A DNA stretch of 64,000 nucleotides, from contig JAUVNS010000002.1 of NCBI GenBank assembly GCA_030599585.1, forward strand, positions 192,001-256,000. The letters are read 5' to 3'. Shown in pieces: positions 40,340 to 48,530 of the stretch (positions are counted from its first letter, which is position 1; each line of letters begins with the position of its first letter). Source of the DNA: Promethearchaeota archaeon (GTDB lineage Archaea; Asgardarchaeota; Lokiarchaeia; Sigyniarchaeales; SOKP01). The position numbers and the translations under genes were made by a program. The notes under the pieces are model-generated. The model made no database searches. It was not told where the DNA came from and saw only the letters and a list, made by a program, of their open reading frames with translations.

Positions 40340-40729
40340 AACTTTGATCTTCTAATTAATTAGAATTTCAATACCTCAACCGATTAATCCTAGCTTTATT
40401 AGCTTAATTAAGTTAAATGATTTAGCGTTACATAAATTCAATAGTAACGAGAAAAAATTTAGGATTTTGCCTCAAATTTAAAATTGTGGAAATTAATTTG
40501 TAGAAAAGAGAAAAGGGTTTTATTATGAATAGATAGAAATTTCTGAAAAGAATTTACGTAAAATCATTTGACTTCTTAAAACTAGTATAATACGCTTAGA
40601 TATATTGTTCGTGAAATCTATGAGTGTTTCGAGTATATTATTCTAGTATTATATTAATATATTATTCTGTTTTCTCGACTAAATATTAAAAATAACAGTT
40701 TTAACAATTCATAAGGTGGTTTGAAAAAG

Positions 40730-40923
40730 TTGAAGTTAATAACCTGTCATGTGCCCGAATTCATTTGAAATTTCTTCAAATTTGAAGGGAAGCTTATCTG
40801 GCAGGAATTGAAGATTTAGTAAATCTGAATATATACCCAAACCGATCTGAAGTTATCAGAGTTGCGATTCGAGATCTCTTAAAAACGGAGTTAAGCACAG
40901 TATTTCATAGGAAACAAGAATAA
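40730..40923 (+). CDS. Ribbon-helix-helix (CopG/Arc/MetJ; CdrS/aCcr1-like) transcription factor split by a 32-nt insert; join(40730..40759,40792..40923)
   Basis: Joined product MKLITCHVPE|AYLAGIEDLVNLNIYPNRSEVIRVAIRDLLKTELSTVFHRKQE (53 aa) has the beta-strand-PE, helix A and YPNRSE.IR.AIRDLL signature; AGGTGG RBS upstream; T tract after the stop. Confidence 0.85.
40760..40791 (+). other. Candidate bulge-helix-bulge (BHB) mRNA intron, 32 nt
   Basis: Central helix CCCG(40754-57)/AGGG(40786-89), bulges AA^U and AA^G, intron stem UCA/UGA plus UUUGAA/UUCAAA. Cutting after the 2nd bulge nucleotide on both strands restores the frame exactly. Confidence 0.7.
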
Positions 40924-41030
40924 TTTTTTTTTTCCTTTCTTTATTATTTTTATTCTTCTTCGAATATAGCCAATTGAAAATCTTATTTTACTGAACAGTT
41001 TTTTATGCTACACTGTGTTATATAATTTCA

Positions 41031-42008
41031 ATGTTAGGAATAACTTTGTGGATACTAGTTTTTATCGGAAGTTATTTTATTATATTTTTTGCTGCTGACA
41101 TTTTTTTAGATAATTTGAAAGATATATGTGTTATCTACAATTTATCACCTTTTATTATTGGAATGTTGGTTCTTGGAATTGATCCTGAAGAATCAATTGC
41201 GTCCATAATCGCTGCTATTAACGGGCTACCTTACGTTTCTATTGGAAATGTGGTTGGTAATTCTATAATTGCTATGACATTACCATTTTCCTTAGCTTTA
41301 CTATTCTACACTTTGAAATTTAAATCGCTTTCAAAATTTTACTTCATATTATTATATATTTTGATAATTAATCTTCTTTTTAGCTTCCTATTTAACAATT
41401 TTATGTTTATATCCGGTTTAATCGCTTTGTGTGTTTATATTATCTATTTTTTTAGGAACCTGAGACATTACTCCCAAGAAAAGGATAGAAATACAGGAGA
41501 TATCGAAGAAGACCTAAAATTTAACGAAAAAAAACCGATGGAATTACAAGGATCCTCTAAAGCGAAGAAGATCTTTTTAACATCTATTGGGTTGGTTTTT
41601 ATTTTTATAGGAGGTGAATTACTAATTTTATCTGCGGATCAAATTATTGATATCCTGCATATACCCGAAGCGTTTTTTGGATTTATCATAATAGGGTTCG
41701 TCACTAATGTAGAGGAATTAACCTTGATTTTAAAATCGATAAAGAAAAAGGCTGTAGAAATTGGTTTCGGAGGTATGGTTGGCAAATTAATTTGGAATTT
41801 AACAATAACTTTCGGAATTAGCGGGGTTATCATGACACATATACCTTTTAAATTAATATTAATATGGAATTGGATAATATTATTACTAGTTATAGTATAT
41901 TTCAACCTTTCTTCTAGAAGAGAAAAACTTACCAAAAAAGATGGGTTAATTTTGTTGGTCTTCTTTATAGTTTTTATCATAATTAATGTTTTTTTAGCGG
42001 AAATTTAA
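41031..42008 (+). CDS. Ca2+:cation antiporter (CaCA, YrbG-like)
   Basis: Two repeats with alpha motifs (GIDPEESIAS..IGNVVGNS; GFVTNVEE..GGMVG..WN); ~10 TM. Confidence 0.85.
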   Translation: MLGITLWILVFIGSYFIIFFAADIFLDNLKDICVIYNLSPFIIGMLVLGIDPEESIASIIAAINGLPYVSIGNVVGNSIIAMTLPFSLALLFYTLKFKSLSKFYFILLYILIINLLFSFLFNNFMFISGLIALCVYIIYFFRNLRHYSQEKDRNTGDIEEDLKFNEKKPMELQGSSKAKKIFLTSIGLVFIFIGGELLILSADQIIDILHIPEAFFGFIIIGFVTNVEELTLILKSIKKKAVEIGFGGMVGKLIWNLTITFGISGVIMTHIPFKLILIWNWIILLLVIVYFNLSSRREKLTKKDGLILLVFFIVFIIINVFLAEI

Positions 42009-42057
42009 TTTTACGTTCTATTCAATATTTTTATGCGTTCAATAATTCATTGATTTA

Positions 42058-42924
42058 ATGAGTTATACACTTGAAGATTTCACTTATATTGATACCCACT
42101 GTCATTTCTTTCCTCCTCAAATATTTAAATCAATCTGGAATTTTTTTGAAAGTCCCGATGAAGAGGGTAATCAACGAGGTTGGGATATAAAATATAAATT
42201 AACTACAGATGCGCAAATAAATTTTCTCGTAAATCACAGAGTTAAATATTTTACAACATATAATTACGCACATAAGTCAGGGATGGCTGAAAATTTAAAT
42301 GATTGGACTTATGAACTGATAAGAAAAAACAAACATGCACTACCTTTCGGGTGTGTATGGCCTGAAGATGCTAATCGAGTCGAATATATCCAGAAACTTC
42401 TCGATGAGTATAAGTTTTTAGGAATCAAATTGCAGTTGCTAGTTCAAAATTTTTATCCCAACGATGAGCGTATGCATGATATATACAAAATCGTTGTAGA
42501 TAGGGGAAAATGGATAACATTTCACGTTGGAACTGCCCCATACCATAACCAATTTGTTGGATATAAGAATTTTATTAAATTTATTGAAAAATACCCCAAC
42601 ATAAATGTCATCGTTGCTCACTTAGGTATCTATGAGAATCGTAAGTTTTTTGACTTGCTTGATAAGTATAACAATCTTTATTTAGACACAGCGATGGTCT
42701 ATTTACCTAAAGTCTTCACAAAAAAATGGAAAGAAAAAATTGATTATCCCTCTGAAGAAGAATTATTATCTTACGAGGATAGAATATTATTTGGAAGTGA
42801 TTTCCCTCTTATCTCATACGACTACTCTTGTTCTACTGAAGGATTGTTAAATCTAAACTTACCTAAATCTTTTTACAAAAAAGTATTCTTTGAAAACGCA
42901 AAAAAAATCTTTGGAATAAATTAA
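42058..42924 (+). CDS. Amidohydrolase_2 family metal-dependent hydrolase
   Basis: IDTHCH, GIKL, FHVG, VAHLG, YLDTA, ILFGSDFP, ENAKKI. Confidence 0.9.
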   Translation: MSYTLEDFTYIDTHCHFFPPQIFKSIWNFFESPDEEGNQRGWDIKYKLTTDAQINFLVNHRVKYFTTYNYAHKSGMAENLNDWTYELIRKNKHALPFGCVWPEDANRVEYIQKLLDEYKFLGIKLQLLVQNFYPNDERMHDIYKIVVDRGKWITFHVGTAPYHNQFVGYKNFIKFIEKYPNINVIVAHLGIYENRKFFDLLDKYNNLYLDTAMVYLPKVFTKKWKEKIDYPSEEELLSYEDRILFGSDFPLISYDYSCSTEGLLNLNLPKSFYKKVFFENAKKIFGIN

Positions 42925-42946
42925 AGGATGTGCCTGTATATTGCTC

Positions 42947-44233
42947 CTATAATAATTTAAACAATTGTCTTAATGCTGAACTCATAATATAGGATTGAAT
43001 TTGTCTCGTTCCTCCTCCAATCTCTTGTAATCGAGTGATCCCTAATAAATCTTGCATTAAGGTATTATCGCAAACTCCAGCACCCCCCATTAAATTAGCA
43101 GACTCATAAACTACGCGTTCACACAATTTGGCACTTAGAAATTTTAGTTGAGAAGCAGTCGTCCCAAGAGCTAAATTGAAGTCTTTAGGTAAGGTTCCAA
43201 ATTTCTCCATTTTTTCGTCTATCATCTGACACACATTTAGAGTTGATAACGTCATATTCATTGTTTGCGCCCATAGATCTGCTAAAGTAAATCCAACTCC
43301 TTGATATTTTAAGATTTCCTTATTAAATTGCTTTCTCATGTTAGCGTAAATAACAGCGTGACTAATAGCGTTCCATGCCTCTGCGGTGTTCATGCATACG
43401 ATCGTTAATCGCTCTAAATTAAGCCCTTCAAATAGGTGTGACTTTCCATCACCTGGTTTACCTAGCACGCAATCAAAAGGAACAGTTAAATTAGTAAGAG
43501 ATTCCTTGGCAACGTGCATCCTTGGTGTCCACGGTATGTTAAGTCGCTCAGCCGTCCATCCTTCGCTCGATGTATCGACTAAAAATTGAGCCATAGTATT
43601 TCCATTGTTCTTTTCTGTTACAGCGTAAACAACCGCCCAGTTTGCTTTACTTCCGTTAGTTTGATATGTTTTTTCTCCGTTGAGAACAAAACTTCCGTCG
43701 TCTTGTTCCTTACAAGTTGTTAGCATGTGGACTGCGTCAGAACCTCTTTCAGGCTCGGTTATACAAATACAACCTATTTTTTCCCCTGTTACTAATTCTT
43801 TTAGCGCTTTTAAACGCTTTTCAACATTTTCGTGGTGGAGTAAAATTGGATTTACAGAAATTGCGGTAGCTCCAGTAGCCATTGTTAATTGAGGATCGAA
43901 AAAATCCATGGCTAAGATTCTCATAAATTCAGTAGTCATTCCGTGTGGTTCATAATTTAAACCGATATCCTCAAATTTGTGTAACCGGGAAATATATCCG
44001 TTTTTGCCTATTTCTGGTATCCATTCGTAGAAATCTTCGTTATGCGTTATATGATTAGTTTTTTCAAAAGTCTCGAAAAACTTCTGAGCTTGTTTAAGGA
44101 AATTAAGATGTTTTGGTTTTAGATAACTCATTAAATTGAAATTTAAAAACTTATTCCGGGTCTTTAACGAGAGTTTTTCGAGAATCTCATCGTCAATACA
44201 TTGAACTTTACCTTTTTTGATACTCATTTTCAT
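42947..44233 (-). CDS. Acyl-CoA dehydrogenase
   Basis: CITEPERGSD, LNGEKTYQTNG, RKQF..I..YQG, MGGAG, EIGGGT. Confidence 0.92.
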   Translation of the reverse strand: MKMSIKKGKVQCIDDEILEKLSLKTRNKFLNFNLMSYLKPKHLNFLKQAQKFFETFEKTNHITHNEDFYEWIPEIGKNGYISRLHKFEDIGLNYEPHGMTTEFMRILAMDFFDPQLTMATGATAISVNPILLHHENVEKRLKALKELVTGEKIGCICITEPERGSDAVHMLTTCKEQDDGSFVLNGEKTYQTNGSKANWAVVYAVTEKNNGNTMAQFLVDTSSEGWTAERLNIPWTPRMHVAKESLTNLTVPFDCVLGKPGDGKSHLFEGLNLERLTIVCMNTAEAWNAISHAVIYANMRKQFNKEILKYQGVGFTLADLWAQTMNMTLSTLNVCQMIDEKMEKFGTLPKDFNLALGTTASQLKFLSAKLCERVVYESANLMGGAGVCDNTLMQDLLGITRLQEIGGGTRQIQSYIMSSALRQLFKLL

Positions 44234-44259
44234 TCACTTTTTGATTTATTTTTTTAGTC

Positions 44260-45069
44260 TTAAATTCCTCGGTCTTTCCATTCTGGTTTTCTCTTCTGAA
44301 GAAATGCCTTAGCGCCTTCGGTGTGTTTGTCTCTTCTAGCAAACATAGACATGATACCTTCGGTTTCAATAAAAGTTCTTTCTTCAACGGTTCGACCAAC
44401 GCACCGTACTACAGTTTCTTTATCCGTGCGAATAGCCCCTTGGGGCAACTTACAAATAGATAAAGCCAATTCTCTAGCTCTTTCCATCAGTTGATCGTGA
44501 GGGACTACTTCGTTAACTAAACCGATACGATAGGCTTCTTGAGCGTCTATTACTCGCCCGGTGATAATGAGTTCCATGGCACGGGAGTAGCCAATTACAA
44601 GGGGTAACCTAACACATAATCCATCACCTGCGACTATGTTCCATCGTCTTTCTGTAGCTCCAAATTTAGCATTCTCTGATGCGATTCGAATGTCTGCTAA
44701 AAGACAATTTTCTAAACCAGCAGCGTAAGTGTAGCCATTAATAGCTGCTATTATTGGTTTAAAAATATCAAATTTTTTAGTATATCCACAGAAGCCATCA
44801 ATTCCATGGACTGCAATACGAAACTGATCGTAATCATCCATATTTTCAAGAGCTGCAGCATCGTTAAGATCCCATCCTGCTGAAAACGCTTTATCACCTG
44901 CCCCCGTAAAAATAGCAACTAAGGCATCTTCATCATCTCGAAAACATTTCCAAGCGTCCTGCAATTCTAAATTAGTTTCGTTGTTTATGCAATTACGAAC
45001 CTCTGGACGATTAATTGTTATCGTTACAACTTGATCTTCCTTTTCATACAAAATATTTTTAAAATCCAT
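44260..45069 (-). CDS. Enoyl-CoA hydratase/isomerase (crotonase family)
   Basis: INRPEVRN, AFSAGWDL, KPIIAAING, DIRIAS, TGRVIDAQEA..GLVN, EGAKAFLQKRKPEW. Confidence 0.92.
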   Translation of the reverse strand: MDFKNILYEKEDQVVTITINRPEVRNCINNETNLELQDAWKCFRDDEDALVAIFTGAGDKAFSAGWDLNDAAALENMDDYDQFRIAVHGIDGFCGYTKKFDIFKPIIAAINGYTYAAGLENCLLADIRIASENAKFGATERRWNIVAGDGLCVRLPLVIGYSRAMELIITGRVIDAQEAYRIGLVNEVVPHDQLMERARELALSICKLPQGAIRTDKETVVRCVGRTVEERTFIETEGIMSMFARRDKHTEGAKAFLQKRKPEWKDRGI

Positions 45070-45192
45070 CTTACTCTTCCCTTGGTAGAATTGTTTTTTT
45101 TTAATTAGTTTTTTTTATTGTTCATTGTTTAAAACTTTTTAATTTTGAAGCTTTTCTAATATTATTAAATCTTAAAAATACAATTGATTATA

Positions 45193-46332
45193 ATGTCTGA
45201 CGAAAAATATAAAAAAGCAGCTCACATAATTATTAAGGCTGGAGTTCTCCCAACTCCCGTTAACAAAACTTTAATAGAAATATTAAAATTGCTATTAACT
45301 GAGGAAGAATTGGATTTTATCGATGCGTTCAAGAGGAAAACTTCACAAACAATGGAACAGCTAAAGAAGAGTAGTAAATTACCAGAGGCTCAAATTTTAT
45401 CATTTGTTAAAGAATTAGCAAAGAAAGGATTTATATTTAATCAACCAAGTTCAAAAGGTTTGATGGTTTATAGGTTACTGCCTCTGCTAATGGTCGGTGC
45501 ATTTGAGTATCTTTACATGAAAAAAATTGAACACAATGAAATTAATAAGAAACTCGCAAAAATGTTTTTAGATTACTTCGAAGAAACTAAGGATTTCATC
45601 CAAGGTAATTACGAGCAAGTCTTGCCTATTTTTGAAAAAATGCTTCCAATAGATAGGACTATGCCAATTTTAGCTAAAACACTTCAAGGAGAAGAGATAA
45701 ATCTATCTATTAACGAGGAAATAGAAGTTCCCGAAGAAGTTATAATCCCAACTCAGAAAGTTGAAGAGTTAATAGAAAAATTCGAAGACATCTCTGTAGG
45801 ACATTGTTTTTGTCGCCATCACAGAGATATATTGGGCAAGCCATGTAAACACACTGATCTGAGAGAAAATTGTTTTACTTTTGGCAAATCTGCTAGATAT
45901 ATAGCAGAACAAGGTTTCGGACGTTCAGTATCAAAGGAAGAGGCCTTAGATATAATGAAGAAGTCTGAAGATGATGGATTAGTCCACAAAGCTTTTCATC
46001 CTCATTCTAATATTTCAAAAGTAGAAACGAGTATTTGTAATTGTTGTAAAGATTGTTGTGGCACTTTAGAATGGTGGAGAATGGGAATGGTCGCTTTAAT
46101 TAATTCAACGAATTTTCTATCGGAAATAAATCCGGATTTATGTAGCGGATGCGGTGTTTGCGTCGAAAAATGTCCCGTAGATGCAATAGAATTGAACGAT
46201 AGCGATATTGCCGAAGTCAATGCGGAATACTGTTTTGGTTGTGGGGTTTGTGCCCATTTCTGTCCTGAAAATGCAATAACTTTGCTTGAAGGTATGCGAA
46301 AAGTATATGTTCCGCCCCCTAAATTAAGATAA
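45193..46332 (+). CDS. Fe-S protein: N-terminal wHTH-like region, Cys-rich core, C-terminal 2x[4Fe-4S] ferredoxin domain
   Basis: CFCRH..PC..NC, ICNCCKDCC, CSGCGVCVEKCP, CFGCGVCAHFCP. Confidence 0.85.
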   Translation: MSDEKYKKAAHIIIKAGVLPTPVNKTLIEILKLLLTEEELDFIDAFKRKTSQTMEQLKKSSKLPEAQILSFVKELAKKGFIFNQPSSKGLMVYRLLPLLMVGAFEYLYMKKIEHNEINKKLAKMFLDYFEETKDFIQGNYEQVLPIFEKMLPIDRTMPILAKTLQGEEINLSINEEIEVPEEVIIPTQKVEELIEKFEDISVGHCFCRHHRDILGKPCKHTDLRENCFTFGKSARYIAEQGFGRSVSKEEALDIMKKSEDDGLVHKAFHPHSNISKVETSICNCCKDCCGTLEWWRMGMVALINSTNFLSEINPDLCSGCGVCVEKCPVDAIELNDSDIAEVNAEYCFGCGVCAHFCPENAITLLEGMRKVYVPPPKLR

Positions 46333-46386
46333 TTAGCTTCTGTTAAATTGCTAATTTTCAACTTATTTTCTTTTTAATCCATTAAA

Positions 46387-47226
46387 TTAAAAAAGCGCTA
46401 AGCTGAAAGCCATTATTATCATTCCAGACATAATGCCTAAAATTGAATGATGTTCTTTACCAAGTGATCGAGAAGCAGGTAAAAGTTCGTCTAATGAAAT
46501 ATAAACCATGACGCCCCCTACAACACCTAACAAAGCACTTAAAAGAGCAGGGGTGATAAAAGGAAAAAGGATCACCCAAGTTATCAAAGCTCCGACTGGT
46601 TCGCTCATTCCTGAGATAAATGACCACTTAAACGCTTTCTTCCTACTACCAGTATAAGCGTAAATTGGCAAGGATACCGCTATTCCTTCTGGAATATTAT
46701 GCAGCGTAATAGCTAGAGTTAATAGAAGCCCAAGTTCTATTTCAGCTATTGTACCAATAAAGGTTGCCATGCCTTCGGGAAAATTATGAATGAATACGCC
46801 CAAAATAATGAATAATGTTGTTTTTTCGATTTTTAAATTCTTCTTTTCTCCGTTAAAATGTTTCCGATGTATATGGCCGTAATGAAGATGGGGTTTATAA
46901 CTACCATTATCATTAACAAGAATCTCGACTGAATCCTCAAATTCATATTTGTGCGAAACTAACACATCAATTAAAAACATACTTCCCATTCCCAAAAAGA
47001 AGAAAAAGACTCCCAGTCCATAGCCAATTGATGCTATACTACTTAGAAGCAATTCTACAAATGATATAAAAATCATAACACCTGCAGAAAATCCCATAAC
47101 AAAGGAAATAAATTTAGGATTAGGTTTTTTGACAATGAAGGCGATAACACTTCCAATTGTGGTTGATAACCCAGCAAATAAGCTTAATAAGAATGCAAAT
47201 AGAAAATCTTCCAATGCAGTATTCAC
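46387..47226 (-). CDS. zupT: ZIP-family zinc transporter ZupT
   Basis: AGLSTTIG, GFSAGVM, IHNFPEG, LHNIPEG, SGMSEPVG, YISLDELLP; His-rich loop. Confidence 0.92.
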   Translation of the reverse strand: MNTALEDFLFAFLLSLFAGLSTTIGSVIAFIVKKPNPKFISFVMGFSAGVMIFISFVELLLSSIASIGYGLGVFFFFLGMGSMFLIDVLVSHKYEFEDSVEILVNDNGSYKPHLHYGHIHRKHFNGEKKNLKIEKTTLFIILGVFIHNFPEGMATFIGTIAEIELGLLLTLAITLHNIPEGIAVSLPIYAYTGSRKKAFKWSFISGMSEPVGALITWVILFPFITPALLSALLGVVGGVMVYISLDELLPASRSLGKEHHSILGIMSGMIIMAFSLALF

Positions 47227-47476
47227 TAATTTAGGTAACTCTAAATTAATGAATTAATAGTCAATATTTATAAGTTTTGATATCTAAATCTTATAAAATT
47301 TCTATAATTGATTAAAATTCATAGATAGAGCGTTATGATATTTGTTAGGGCATCAAGATTATACGAAAGAAAAAGTTTTGAAAGATTTTACGATTATTTA
47401 TAATTTTCTTGAAATTATTATTAAGATTGATACATTTCACTATTTAAAGATTTAACATTTAATTTAGGATTTATAG

Positions 47477-48505
47477 ATGAGAGAAGTAAACCAAGACGAT
47501 AAGCTTTTCTTTTTTGAAAGAAGTTTTATTACGTTAGATGGGCTTTGGATGATTGAGACCGAAGAAATGACTAATTGGGAAGTTGCTTTAAAGATTGATC
47601 TAATTGTATGGAAAAAATTACTAAAGGTAATTATCCGAAGATTGAAAAAATATTTAAACTTAGAAAAGAACGATCTTACCAATTTAATCAAGATTCTTAC
47701 TTTCAGATGGTCTATAGAAGGCTGGAAGTATAACTTAATATCACAGAATGCCGCTAAAGTCAAAATTTTAGTAAAGCAATGTCCTTATAAATCTGCCATG
47801 GATCGTAATCCAGAACGAACTGAAAAACAATCTTTAATATGTAAAAACATGTGTATTCCTTTCTACAAAGCAATTACTAATGATTTTAATGAGAATTTAG
47901 ATTTAGAAAGGAACAATATCATGGGCTTAGGCGATGATTACTGCGATTTTACATTTTCCTTTGACAATAAATCTTTTGAAGAAGCAGAAAATGATGAGTC
48001 CTTTACAAAAATTATTGAACCTAATAATGCTGATAAGTTATTTTATTTTGAAAAGAATTTTAGAACACTCGACGGATTATGGGTAATAGAAACAGAGAAT
48101 GAATTAGGTTGGGACGCAACTCTAAAGCTTGATATAATAGTGTGGCAAAGGTTATATAAAATCGTATTTCGCAGGGTGAAAAAGTATTTGAACATCAAAG
48201 GAAACTCTCTAAGTGATTTAATTGAAATACTTTCTTTTGTATGGAATTGTGAAGGTAATGTCCACGACATTTTTCAAGCAGGGAAGGACTATTTTACAAT
48301 AAGTATCGTTGAATGCCCTTACATAGCAGCAATGGAAAGAAATCCAGATAGGCATAATAGAATCGAGTCTATATGTAAAGACATGTGTATTCCATATTTA
48401 CAACCTGTTATTAATGAATTTAATCCTAAAATTGAAATAACAAGAGATAAATTTATAGGTTTAGGCGATTCAGTTTGCAATATTATTCTAAATTTAAAAG
48501 ATTAA
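47477..48505 (+). CDS. Tandem DUF6125 / V4R-like domain protein
   Basis: Two homologous halves, each with TLDGLW.IETE...CPY..AM.RNP.R...ICK.MC.P...GLGD..C. Confidence 0.75.
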   Translation: MREVNQDDKLFFFERSFITLDGLWMIETEEMTNWEVALKIDLIVWKKLLKVIIRRLKKYLNLEKNDLTNLIKILTFRWSIEGWKYNLISQNAAKVKILVKQCPYKSAMDRNPERTEKQSLICKNMCIPFYKAITNDFNENLDLERNNIMGLGDDYCDFTFSFDNKSFEEAENDESFTKIIEPNNADKLFYFEKNFRTLDGLWVIETENELGWDATLKLDIIVWQRLYKIVFRRVKKYLNIKGNSLSDLIEILSFVWNCEGNVHDIFQAGKDYFTISIVECPYIAAMERNPDRHNRIESICKDMCIPYLQPVINEFNPKIEITRDKFIGLGDSVCNIILNLKD

Positions 48506-48530
48506 ATTGATAATAAGATTCAATCAATAG

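Noticed and set aside
40760-40791. Sec readthrough or a simple frameshift as the explanation for the split RHH gene
   Set aside because: Reading through TGA 40766 gives a non-RHH frame ending at TAG. The exon-2 frame has its own TGA at 40783, neither TGA is at a Cys position, and I see no SECIS downstream.
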